This document shows positions 26,716-35,270 of a DNA stretch of 64,000 bases, in pieces. Position numbers and translations under genes: made by a program. Below the pieces are notes generated by a model, which had not been told where the DNA came from, ran no database searches, and worked only from the letters and a program-made list of their open reading frames with translations. Where the stretch lies: contig VRUN01000002.1 of NCBI GenBank assembly GCA_019456075.1, forward strand, positions 1,418-65,417. The letters are read 5' to 3'. Each line of letters opens with the position of its first letter. Position 1 is the first letter of the stretch. The DNA is from Candidatus Methylomirabilota bacterium. GTDB lineage: Bacteria > Methylomirabilota > Methylomirabilia > Methylomirabilales > CSP1-5.

Positions 26716-26742
26716 GGGAGGATAAGCCTCCCTTCTTTTTTT
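26716..26742 (+). terminator. Intrinsic terminator
   Basis: GGGAGG ataag CCTCCC followed by TTCTTTTTTT. Confidence 0.8.
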
Positions 26743-26859
26743 GGCGTGTTCGATCCCGCCGATCCTCGAAGGAAGGCTCAGGCGCTTCTTGAAGACGTTG
26801 CCCATCTTTGAAGTGGTTTCTGAAAGGTCTTGGACTTCACGCAAAGCGGCATTTCCTCT

Positions 26860-26888
26860 TTGACACGTTGCGACCTGTCTGGTATCCT
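26860..26888 (+). promoter_or_regulatory. Candidate sigma70-type promoter for the phasin-like/phaR pair
   Basis: TTGACA (26860-65), a 17-nt spacer, then TATCCT (26883-88). The -10 element is weak. Confidence 0.3.
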
Positions 26889-26997
26889 TCAGAGTGAATA
26901 CCCCTTCAACAGCCCTCTCAGAATCACCTCAGGCGTTCGCATGGTCAGCCCAGTGGACGAGTCTGTCGGACCTTTTACAACGCGCGAGGAATAAGTA

Positions 26998-27381
26998 ATG
27001 AGTGAGGGGAAGGCAGGGCAAAAGAGCCCACAACTGGAGATGTTTGCTGTGTGGCAGAAGATGATGTCGGAGTCCATGGAGACCTTGCTTCGCAGTCCTC
27101 TCTTCCTCGCCGCGATGGGGAAGGGCCTCGAAAATTCTCTGCTCGTCAAGGAGCAGGTCGACAAGTCGCTTCAGACCTACCTGCAGGCGCTAAACCTTCC
27201 ATCTACTAAGGACATACAGAGAGTGTTAGAGGGCTTGAGGCGTCTACAGGGGGAGGTGGAGGCACTCCGGGCGAAGGTCGACCAACTCCTGGAGGCGTCG
27301 GGTGGCCGGAAGGGTTCCCGGCCAGCCAAGCGTCAAGAACCGAGGCGGAGGAGAGGTGACGGAAGAAAGGGTTCTGATTAA
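26998..27381 (+). CDS. PHA-granule-associated (phasin / PhaE C-terminal-like) coiled-coil protein
   Basis: ALNLPSTKDIQRVLEGLRRLQGEVEALRAKVDQL is the NLP(S/T)+heptad motif typical of phasin/PhaE-type proteins. It has a basic tail and overlaps the phaR start. Confidence 0.5.
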   Translation: MSEGKAGQKSPQLEMFAVWQKMMSESMETLLRSPLFLAAMGKGLENSLLVKEQVDKSLQTYLQALNLPSTKDIQRVLEGLRRLQGEVEALRAKVDQLLEASGGRKGSRPAKRQEPRRRRGDGRKGSD

Positions 27382-27832
27382 GAAGTACAGTAACCGCAAG
27401 CTCTACGATCTCAATCGGAGCCGGTATATTACACTCGAAGAGATTGCGGAACTGATCCGTCAAGGAGGCCAGGTCAAGATCGTGGGCGCTGAGACCCAAG
27501 AAGACCTGACGAACATCACATTAGTCCAGATCCTTCTTGAAGAGGAGAAGCGACGGAACCTCCTCCCGGTTCCGTTCCTGCACCAGCTCATCCAGTACGG
27601 AGAGATGTACCAGGATTTTTTCCGGCAGTATCTTGCTTCCAATCTGGACGCGATGATTTCGATGCAGCGGGATGCCGAAAAAGGGATCAAGCAGTGGACA
27701 CAGGTGGGAGGTGTGGGTGATATGACGCTTATCCCGCAGCCGGACACCCGGGAGACCTCATCGAACCTGAAGGCGGAGTTGGACTCCTTGAAGGAGAAGC
27801 TCAGCGAATTGGAAGAGAAGCTGGGGTTATAG
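27356..27832 (+). CDS. phaR: Polyhydroxyalkanoate synthesis repressor PhaR
   Basis: ORF 27302..27832; likely start is GTG 27356 after GGAGGAGAG. IKKYSNRKLYD...YITLEEIAELIRQG is the PhaR N-terminal DNA-binding signature. Confidence 0.85.
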   Translation: MTEERVLIKKYSNRKLYDLNRSRYITLEEIAELIRQGGQVKIVGAETQEDLTNITLVQILLEEEKRRNLLPVPFLHQLIQYGEMYQDFFRQYLASNLDAMISMQRDAEKGIKQWTQVGGVGDMTLIPQPDTRETSSNLKAELDSLKEKLSELEEKLGL

Positions 27833-27889
27833 CGACACGCATGGTGCTGAGAGACGGAGGTGAGATGAGTTCATGGAGGAGGGTGGTAG

Positions 27890-28912
27890 ATGGACGATAA
27901 GCGAGAACGAGAACGAGCACGGGATCTAGCCATCACCCAGATCGAGAAGGCGTATGGAAAGGGGTCGATCATGCGCCTGGGGATGGCAGGGACCATTGAG
28001 CCAACGGCTGCGATTCCTACAGGCTCACTGGAACTGGATTATGCCTTAGGCATCGGTGGCGTGCCTCGGGGGCGCGTGATCGAGATCTTTGGTCCGGAGT
28101 CCTCGGGTAAAACCACCTTGGCTCTCCATATCATCGCGGAGGCCCAACAGCTTGGTGGGGGGGCGGCTTTTGTGGACGCGGAACATGCTCTGGACCCGAG
28201 GTATGCACGAGCGTTGGGGGTCAGCACCGACGATCTCCTGATCTCCCAGCCGGACACCGGCGAGCAGGCCCTGGACATTACCGAGATCCTGGTCCGAAGT
28301 GGCGCGCTGGATGTTGTCGTGATCGACTCAGTGGCCGCCCTGGTCCCGCGGGCTGAAATCGAGGGGGAGATGGGGGAGCCGACCATGGGACTTCAGGCCC
28401 GCCTCATGTCCCAGGCCCTTCGAAAGTTGACGGCTGCTATTTCAAAATCCAAAACCACCGTAGTCTTCATCAATCAGCTCCGGGAAAAGATCGGCGTCAT
28501 GTTCGGGAATCCGGAGACGACCTCGGGGGGCCGAGCCCTCAAATTTTACGCCTCGGTCCGACTCGATATTCGGAGGATTGCGTCGATCAAGGACGGGGAT
28601 AAAGTGGTCGGATCTCGCACTCGGGTAAAGGTGGTGAAAAATAAGATTGCCCCGCCGTTCCGCGAGGCCGAATTTGACATGATCTTTGGTGAAGGCATTT
28701 CCCGCACATCGAGCCTCCTCGACCTCGGCGTGGCCCACAAGGTGATCGAAAGGAGCGGAGCCTGGTACTCCTACGGGGGAGAGCGGATCGGTCAGGGCCG
28801 GGAGAATGCGAAGCGGTTTTTGCTTGAAAACCCAGCAGTTACGGCTGAAATCGATCGAAAGCTTCGGGCCCTCCTGGGAATGAACGGCACGCAAAAGCGT
28901 GAGGGGGCCTGA
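27890..28912 (+). CDS. recA: Recombinase RecA
   Basis: Canonical sequence: [21 protein letters not shown], and L2 loop region [20 protein letters not shown]. Confidence 0.98.
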   Translation: MDDKRERERARDLAITQIEKAYGKGSIMRLGMAGTIEPTAAIPTGSLELDYALGIGGVPRGRVIEIFGPESSGKTTLALHIIAEAQQLGGGAAFVDAEHALDPRYARALGVSTDDLLISQPDTGEQALDITEILVRSGALDVVVIDSVAALVPRAEIEGEMGEPTMGLQARLMSQALRKLTAAISKSKTTVVFINQLREKIGVMFGNPETTSGGRALKFYASVRLDIRRIASIKDGDKVVGSRTRVKVVKNKIAPPFREAEFDMIFGEGISRTSSLLDLGVAHKVIERSGAWYSYGGERIGQGRENAKRFLLENPAVTAEIDRKLRALLGMNGTQKREGA

Positions 28913-29031
28913 CCTCCCCGCAGTGGGTCTGCCCGTGGGTCCCTCGGATCTGGCGAGGGGACATCCCTTCCTGTCATTCGGCACAAAAAATGCATAAATC
29001 AGCCTCGAAGATATCACCCCGATGAGGCGCT

Positions 29032-30177
29032 ATGGATCTTCGAGAGCTGCTAAAGATCGCCGTTGAGCGAAAGGCTTCCGACCTGCATATCAAGGTGGGA
29101 AGCTCGCCGGTCATTCGGGTCGATAACCGTTTGATTCCCCTCACCGAGAAGCCCAGGGTCAGCCAAGAAGATGCGCTCCGGATAATCTCTTCCGTGATGA
29201 ATGAGGAGCAGCGGGAGACTTTTAAGGAGAAGCATGAGATAGATCTGGCATACAGCGTGCAAGGCCTTGGCCGTTTTCGTGCAAACGTTTTCCAGCAGCG
29301 CTCTACCATCGGGATGGTCATGCGGGTGATCCCGATGAAGATCGATAGTATCGAGGAACTGAATCTGCCCCCGGTGGTGGAAAAGCTCGCCATGGAGACC
29401 CGCGGATTGATCTTGGTTACCGGCGCCACGGGGACCGGGAAAACGAGCACATTGGCGACCATGGTCGAGCATATGAACGTGCACCGGACGGCACATATTA
29501 TCACCATCGAGGATCCCATTGAGTACCTGGTTCGGGACAAGAAGTGCCTCGTCAATCAACGGGAGGTAGGAACCGACACCGATTCCTTTGCTGAGGCGCT
29601 TCGAAGTGCCCTGCGGCAAGACCCCGATGTCATCCTCGTCGGAGAGATGCGGGACTACGAGACCATCTCCACGGCTATCCTGGCGGCGGAGACGGGGCAT
29701 CTAGTCCTGAGCACCCTTCACACGGTTGATGCCACGGAAACGATTAACCGGATCATCTCGGTGTTCCCCCCCTATCAGCAGCGGCAGGTGCGCCTCCAGC
29801 TTGCTTCGCTGCTCAAAGGCATCATCTCTATGCGTCTCATCCCGCGTGCCGATGGCCGAGGACGCGTCCCGGCTGTCGAGATCATGGTGGCAACGGCTAC
29901 CATGCGGGAGTGTATCGTTGATTCGGACAGGACTCGGAAGATCCCCGACTTCATTGCCGCCGGCCACAGTCAGTACGGCATGCAGACCTTTGACCAGTCC
30001 CTGATGATCCTTTACAAGCGTGGCCTCATTACCTTTGAGGAGGCGCTCCTCTGGGCATCCAACCCAGACGATTTTGCGCTCAGGGCTCGGGGAATCGAAC
30101 CTACTTGGGACCAGCAAGGGTTGAAGGACTCGGAAGAGCACTCCAAGGTTTCGGGCTTGGAGAGGCTGACCGGATAA
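29032..30177 (+). CDS. pilT: Type IV pilus retraction ATPase PilT
   Basis: 381 aa with Walker A GATGTGKTS, Asp box, Walker B ILVGEMRD, His box STLHT, and an AIRNLIRE-like region (TMRECI). Confidence 0.9.
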   Translation: MDLRELLKIAVERKASDLHIKVGSSPVIRVDNRLIPLTEKPRVSQEDALRIISSVMNEEQRETFKEKHEIDLAYSVQGLGRFRANVFQQRSTIGMVMRVIPMKIDSIEELNLPPVVEKLAMETRGLILVTGATGTGKTSTLATMVEHMNVHRTAHIITIEDPIEYLVRDKKCLVNQREVGTDTDSFAEALRSALRQDPDVILVGEMRDYETISTAILAAETGHLVLSTLHTVDATETINRIISVFPPYQQRQVRLQLASLLKGIISMRLIPRADGRGRVPAVEIMVATATMRECIVDSDRTRKIPDFIAAGHSQYGMQTFDQSLMILYKRGLITFEEALLWASNPDDFALRARGIEPTWDQQGLKDSEEHSKVSGLERLTG

Positions 30178-30183
30178 GCCCCC

Positions 30184-30669
30184 ATGCCCGCGACGTTATC
30201 CGCTGAGTGCCAAACCGCCATACAAGCTGCCCTCCGTCTGTTGTCTTTTCGGGCTTGGAGTGGACAGGAGCTCGTCGAGCGCCTCCGGCGCCGAGGTTTC
30301 GCCGCCAAGGTAGTCGCCCGTGTTGTTCAGGATCTCACAAGACGTGGACTTATGGACGATTGGGCCTTCGCGTCAGAGCGAGCTAGGACTCGGGTCCTCA
30401 ACCACCACGTGGGTCCCCGCCGGTTGAAAGAAGACCTGCGCCACAAGGGAGTGGCCGAAGAGATCACCGAGGCCACCATCCGGGAATTATTTAAGGAGAT
30501 CGACGAGGAAGAAGTTGCGCGGGCAGGAGCGGCAAAGCGTCTCCAATCCCTGCGTCACCTTTCAACTCCGGTGGCCCTGCGTCGTCTTACTGCTTATCTC
30601 TTGCGGCAGGGATTTTCCCCGGAAACGGTCGAACGGGTCGTCACCCCTCTGGTGAATCGCGAGCCGTAG
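30184..30669 (+). CDS. recX: RecA regulator RecX
   Basis: 161 aa with three-fold helical repeat RecX family features (LSFRAWSGQELVERLRRRGF...). Confidence 0.8.
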   Translation: MPATLSAECQTAIQAALRLLSFRAWSGQELVERLRRRGFAAKVVARVVQDLTRRGLMDDWAFASERARTRVLNHHVGPRRLKEDLRHKGVAEEITEATIRELFKEIDEEEVARAGAAKRLQSLRHLSTPVALRRLTAYLLRQGFSPETVERVVTPLVNREP

Positions 30670-30697
30670 TGTCCCTCCAGCGCACCTCCGGAACCGT

Positions 30698-30820
30698 TAT
30701 CAGCTGCCAGCAAACCGCAGCTCCGCAGGGAGTATTCGGGTCTTTCGACCTCTGAAGGCTTTAGGCCCTGTGCCGACGGTTGACCGCCGCCTGCTGACTG
30801 CCAGTTTCTGAGCGCTGACG
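30698..30820. repeat. Intergenic element with inverted arrays of nnYCAGC / GCTGRnn heptamers (copy D)
   Basis: TATCAGC TGCCAGC AAACCGC (30698-718), then about 74 nt, then GCTGACT GCCAGTT TCTGAGC GCTGACG (30793-820). It shares the 14-mer ATCAGCTGCCAGCA with the element after leuS. Confidence 0.5.
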
Positions 30821-30893
30821 GCCCACTAGTTGCCCTCTCCTCACAATTTCCTCGAGGATTGATCACCTCTCCCTGCTCAGATTAAGCACTTTC

Positions 30894-30922
30894 TTGACAA
30901 CGCGGTCCCTATGGCCTAACAT
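30894..30922 (+). promoter_or_regulatory. Candidate sigma70-type promoter for alaS
   Basis: TTGACA (30894-99), a 17-nt spacer, then TAACAT (30917-22), 40 nt upstream of ATG 30962. Confidence 0.4.
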
Positions 30923-30961
30923 GAATTTCTCTGATTTTTCTGCCCATCAAGGGGGCAGGCG

Positions 30962-33658
30962 ATGCGAAAACTGAGTGGAGCGGAAGTCCGGCAAGCCTTT
31001 CTAGACTACTTTGCCTCGCGGGGGCATGCCGTCGTCCCAAGTTCGTCCTTGATTCCCAAGGCGGATCCCACGCTTCTCTTTACCAATGCTGGAATGGTTC
31101 AGTTCAAGGACTGCTTCCTTGGGGGGGACAAGCGTGACTACGTGCGGGCGACCTCGTCCCAGAAGTGCGTCCGGGCGGGTGGGAAGCATAATGATCTCGA
31201 AAATGTCGGGAGGACGGCTCGACATCACACGTTTTTCGAGATGCTGGGCAACTTCTCGTTTGGCGACTACTTCAAGGAGGCCGCCATCTCCTACGCCTGG
31301 GAGTGGATGACGGTCAATCTCGGCCTGCCCCCTGAGAAGCTGTGGGCGACGATCTACAGGGACGATGACGAGGCATTTCAGCTTTGGCAGAAGATCGCGG
31401 GACTTCCCGCAGATCGAATCGTCCGCTTGGGGGAAAAGGACAACTTTTGGGCCATGGGAGACACCGGCCCCTGCGGCCCCTGCTCCGAGATCGTGATCGA
31501 CCAGGGACCGGAGGTGGGATGCGGGCGCTCCACCTGCGATATCGAGTGTGACTGCGATCGATACCTGGAACTCTGGAACTTGGTCTTTATGCAATTCAAT
31601 CGAGAGGCGAGTGGAGCGCTCACCCCGTTGCCGAAACCGAGTATTGACACCGGGGCGGGGCTGGAGCGGATCACCGCCGTCGTCCAAGGCGTGCATAGCA
31701 ACTTTGACACCGACCTCTTGCGCCCCCTTATCGCCGCGGTGGAGGAGCTGACCGAACGCACTTACGGGGTAAGGGAACGGGACGATGTCTCGATGCGGGT
31801 GATCGCCGACCATGCGCGGGCGGCCACCTTCCTGGTCAGCGACGGAATCGTGCCCAGCAATGAGTGGCGGGGCTACGTCCTGAGGCGGATTATCCGCCGG
31901 GGCCTGCGGCACGGGAAACTCCTGGGCCTTGAGGGGCCGTTCCTGGCTCGGGTCACGGGACGGGTGGCCGATCTCATGAAAGGACAGTATCCGGAACTTC
32001 AGCGAAGTCGGGACCGGGTGGCCCGCGAGGTGCTCGCCGAAGAAGGACGCTTTGGGCATACCCTGCGCATGGCCATCCCGCGACTCGAAGATGCCATCGC
32101 TGAAGCGAAAGCCAAACCCTCGGTCGCTCAGACTATCCCAGGAGATCAATTGTTTAAACTGTATGACACATATGGTCTCCCGCGGGACCTCATAGAGGAA
32201 TTTGCTCAGGAACACGGCATGACGGTTGATATGCTTGATTGGGACACCTTCGAAAGGAAGTTGCAAGGGCAGCGAGTCCTGGCAAAGGCTAGCTCTGCTG
32301 CTATGTTCAGATTAGACATGGAAAAGCTGCCTGATCTCTTTCGAGAATTGGCAACAGACCACCCAACGACTTTCGAAGGATATGAACATCTGCACGTAGA
32401 GGCGGCAGTCGTTGCCCTGACCAAAGACGGCCAACCCATCGAAGCTGCGGGGTCGGGAGACGAGGTCGAGGCGGTCCTGGATCGGACACCGTTCTACGCG
32501 GAGGCCGGAGGGCAGGTCGCAGACGTGGGCATCCTCGAGGGACCGCGTGGCGTGGCTGAAGTTTTGAATGTCCAGCGCCCCCTCCCTGGCCTGGTGGTTC
32601 ACCATGTCCGCGTCGTGCAGGGGACGATTCGGAAAGGGGACCGTTTACGCGCAGCGATTGATACAGAGCGGCGAGCACTGATTGTAAAAAACCACACCGC
32701 AACTCACCTGGTTCATGAAGCCCTTCACCGAGTTCTAGGAGATCACGTTCGACAGGAGGGTTCGTTGGTCGCTCCGGACCGGCTCCGGTTCGACTTTCGC
32801 CACTTTGGACCAACGACGGCTGCCGAGATCGCCCGCATCGAACGAATGGTGAACGAGCAGCTGTGGCGGAACCTCCCAGTGGCGATCGAGGATGGGGTCC
32901 CCTACGAGGAGGCGCTCTCTCGAGGGGCTAAGGCCTTTTTTGCCGATAAATACGCCGATCGGGTTCGGACGGTGGTGATCCCCGACTTTGGCCTGGAGCT
33001 CTGCGGAGGGACGCATGTAAAGGCCATCGGCGAGATCGGGCTCTTCAAGATCGCGAGCGAAGGGGGAGTCGCTGCGGGCATTCGCCGCATTGAGGCGTAT
33101 ACCGGTCCCGGGGCCTACGACTACCTGCTCAGGGAAGAGGCGGCCCTTCAGAAATCGGCTGACGCGCTCAAGGCCCGGCCGCTCGACGTCCCGGAGAAAG
33201 TCGAGAGGCTGAGCCGGCGTGAGGGAGAGCTGGAACAGGAAATTCAGCGACTTCGGAGTCGTCTGGCGTCCAGCCTGATTGAAGACCTGCTCAAGCGCGT
33301 CGAAACTATTGAGGGGCTCCGGGTAGTCCGGGCGCGGGTCGAACATTTAGATCAGAAGGGACTTCGAGACCTGGTCGACCGGATTCGGACAAAGCTCGGC
33401 TCGGGACTCGTCGTCCTTGGAACTGTGGTCGATAACCGGGTGAGTTGGGTCGCCGGGGGGACCCCGGACATCGCACCGAAAGTGCATGCCGGGCAGCTCG
33501 TACGGGAACTCGCACGGATGACTGGAGGTGACGGGGGAGGCCGGGCCGACTTGGCCGAAGCCGGAGGAAAGGACCCCTCGAGGCTCGATCAAGCCCTCGG
33601 TCATCTTCCCAAACTCGTCGGGCGACTGCTGAGTGGGGACGGAGGGAAGGCCTCCTGA
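30962..33658 (+). CDS. alaS: Alanine--tRNA ligase
   Basis: 898 aa. It has the canonical N-terminus (FLDYFASRGHAVVPSSSL, FTNAGM), an editing domain (HTATHL), and a C-terminal DHHA1-like region. Confidence 0.98.
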   Translation: MRKLSGAEVRQAFLDYFASRGHAVVPSSSLIPKADPTLLFTNAGMVQFKDCFLGGDKRDYVRATSSQKCVRAGGKHNDLENVGRTARHHTFFEMLGNFSFGDYFKEAAISYAWEWMTVNLGLPPEKLWATIYRDDDEAFQLWQKIAGLPADRIVRLGEKDNFWAMGDTGPCGPCSEIVIDQGPEVGCGRSTCDIECDCDRYLELWNLVFMQFNREASGALTPLPKPSIDTGAGLERITAVVQGVHSNFDTDLLRPLIAAVEELTERTYGVRERDDVSMRVIADHARAATFLVSDGIVPSNEWRGYVLRRIIRRGLRHGKLLGLEGPFLARVTGRVADLMKGQYPELQRSRDRVAREVLAEEGRFGHTLRMAIPRLEDAIAEAKAKPSVAQTIPGDQLFKLYDTYGLPRDLIEEFAQEHGMTVDMLDWDTFERKLQGQRVLAKASSAAMFRLDMEKLPDLFRELATDHPTTFEGYEHLHVEAAVVALTKDGQPIEAAGSGDEVEAVLDRTPFYAEAGGQVADVGILEGPRGVAEVLNVQRPLPGLVVHHVRVVQGTIRKGDRLRAAIDTERRALIVKNHTATHLVHEALHRVLGDHVRQEGSLVAPDRLRFDFRHFGPTTAAEIARIERMVNEQLWRNLPVAIEDGVPYEEALSRGAKAFFADKYADRVRTVVIPDFGLELCGGTHVKAIGEIGLFKIASEGGVAAGIRRIEAYTGPGAYDYLLREEAALQKSADALKARPLDVPEKVERLSRREGELEQEIQRLRSRLASSLIEDLLKRVETIEGLRVVRARVEHLDQKGLRDLVDRIRTKLGSGLVVLGTVVDNRVSWVAGGTPDIAPKVHAGQLVRELARMTGGDGGGRADLAEAGGKDPSRLDQALGHLPKLVGRLLSGDGGKAS

Positions 33659-33687
33659 CGACTTGACTTTGAAATAGGGGGGTCGGA

Positions 33688-34362
33688 GTGGTATACAAGG
33701 AGTCTCGGGAACTATTGCCTCTGGCTATGCAGCGACGGGGGAGCAAGTTTCCTATGGCATCGGAAGGATGGGCGTTTATCCTCCCCCTCCTGGGAGGCGC
33801 CCTTCTTCTCTGGGCCGTGGGCCTCAGCGCGGGCGGCCTTTTCCTGGTGGGGCTTGCCGTTGGGGTTGGGTTCTTCTTCCGAGACCCAGAGCGATTTCCT
33901 CCTGCTGAGGCTGGGGCCATCCTCGCCCCAGCGGATGGACGGGTGGTCCGGATTGGACCTTCGGTGGACGGAAAGAAGGGGACCGAGGTCAGCATCTTCC
34001 TCTCCCTTTTGGACGTTCACATTAACCGGGCTCCGTGCGCCGGTCGGGTGGAGGAGGTCCTTCCAAGGCGTGGGGGGTTTCGGGTGGCTTGGAAGGCAGA
34101 AGCCTCTCAGGGGAACGCTCAAACCCTGATTCACCTGAAGGGAGGTTCCGGTGACATTTTTGTTCGACAGGTCGCCGGGATATTGGCCCGACAGATTGTC
34201 ACCTGGATTCGCCCCGGACAAGAGGTTCAGGCTGGAGAACGGATTGGCATGATTCGTTTTGGCTCTCGGGTTGATCTTCTTTTGCCTGAAGGGGTCCATC
34301 CAAAGGTGCAGATCGGAGATCAGATGAAAGGTGGGGAGAGCATCATCGGGGTCGTCTCATGA
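33688..34362 (+). CDS. psd: Phosphatidylserine decarboxylase-family proenzyme (short, membrane-anchored type)
   Basis: N-terminal TM helices and the self-cleavage motif FGSRV near the C-terminus. It overlaps the pssA start. The exact start is uncertain (GTG 33688 or internal Met codons). Confidence 0.75.
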   Translation: MVYKESRELLPLAMQRRGSKFPMASEGWAFILPLLGGALLLWAVGLSAGGLFLVGLAVGVGFFFRDPERFPPAEAGAILAPADGRVVRIGPSVDGKKGTEVSIFLSLLDVHINRAPCAGRVEEVLPRRGGFRVAWKAEASQGNAQTLIHLKGGSGDIFVRQVAGILARQIVTWIRPGQEVQAGERIGMIRFGSRVDLLLPEGVHPKVQIGDQMKGGESIIGVVS

Positions 34363-35153
34363 AGCGGGAACTTCGCCGTGGCGTGTACATCCTGCCGAGC
34401 ATGCTGAGCATCGGGAATCTTTTCTGCGGATTCTACGCCATTATCGCTATCTATAAGTACGACTATTCCAAGGCGGCGGTGGCCATCCTCATTGCCTTAG
34501 TGATAGATTTTCTGGATGGAGCAGTGGCGCGGATCGCGAAGGCCACGAGTGATTTCGGGGTGGAGTTGGATTCGTTAGCCGATCTGATTTCCTTTGGGGT
34601 CGCCCCGGGAATGCTCGCCTATGCCTTCGCCATGAAGCCCTTTGGGCGCATCGGCTGGCTGGCCGCGTTTCTGTTTGCTGCCTGCGGAGCGCTCCGCTTA
34701 GCCCGATTTAACATTCAAACCAAGAAGCTCGACAAGCGCTACTTTGTGGGGCTTCCCATCCCGGCGGCAGCAGGTATCGTTGCCTCGTGCGTCCTCTTTT
34801 TGGGTGAGTCTCCGTCGCTAGAGATCTTCGAGTATCAGGTGCTTTCGCCGGAGGTTACCTCGGCACTGATGGTGGTTTTGATGACAGTCACCGCCTTTCT
34901 GATGGTGAGCAAGATCCGCTACCGCTCTCTGAAGGAGATCGACATCGCCCGGCGGCATCCCTTCACGATCCTCATCAGCCTTATCCTGGCCATGTTGATT
35001 ATCGCCTCGGAACCGAGTCTCTTGCTCTTTGGATTCTTCTTCCTCTATGCCCTCTCTGGTTTCCTTCGATACCTCCCCTTCCGGCGCAAGCGCATCCCGC
35101 TTGATCTGGGCGAAGAGCTCGAGCTTACGCCGGGGGAGCCCCGTTCCCCGTGA
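34359..35153 (+). CDS. pssA: CDP-diacylglycerol--serine O-phosphatidyltransferase
   Basis: CDP-alcohol phosphatidyltransferase motif DFLDGAVARIAKATSDFGVELDSLAD. It is multi-TM. Confidence 0.9.
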   Translation: MKRELRRGVYILPSMLSIGNLFCGFYAIIAIYKYDYSKAAVAILIALVIDFLDGAVARIAKATSDFGVELDSLADLISFGVAPGMLAYAFAMKPFGRIGWLAAFLFAACGALRLARFNIQTKKLDKRYFVGLPIPAAAGIVASCVLFLGESPSLEIFEYQVLSPEVTSALMVVLMTVTAFLMVSKIRYRSLKEIDIARRHPFTILISLILAMLIIASEPSLLLFGFFFLYALSGFLRYLPFRRKRIPLDLGEELELTPGEPRSP

Positions 35154-35270
35154 GGGAGGGTTCCCCCGGCGTGCGACCACATCGGTTGTGGGTCATGATA
35201 CATTCGTTAGATAGATTTCACGATAATTGTATCCGCACGGCGAGGCCGTGCACGTGAAGAGGAGAGAGGG

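Noticed and set aside
30670-30961. T-box or other tRNA-sensing leader upstream of alaS (also considered for leuS at 41019-41120 and for leuA at 35154-35270)
   Set aside because: No T-box consensus (…GGGTGGTACCGCG…) or specifier-loop architecture was found. The leuA leader has only a short GCACGGC/GCCGTGC hairpin without a U-tract and no Leu-rich leader peptide.
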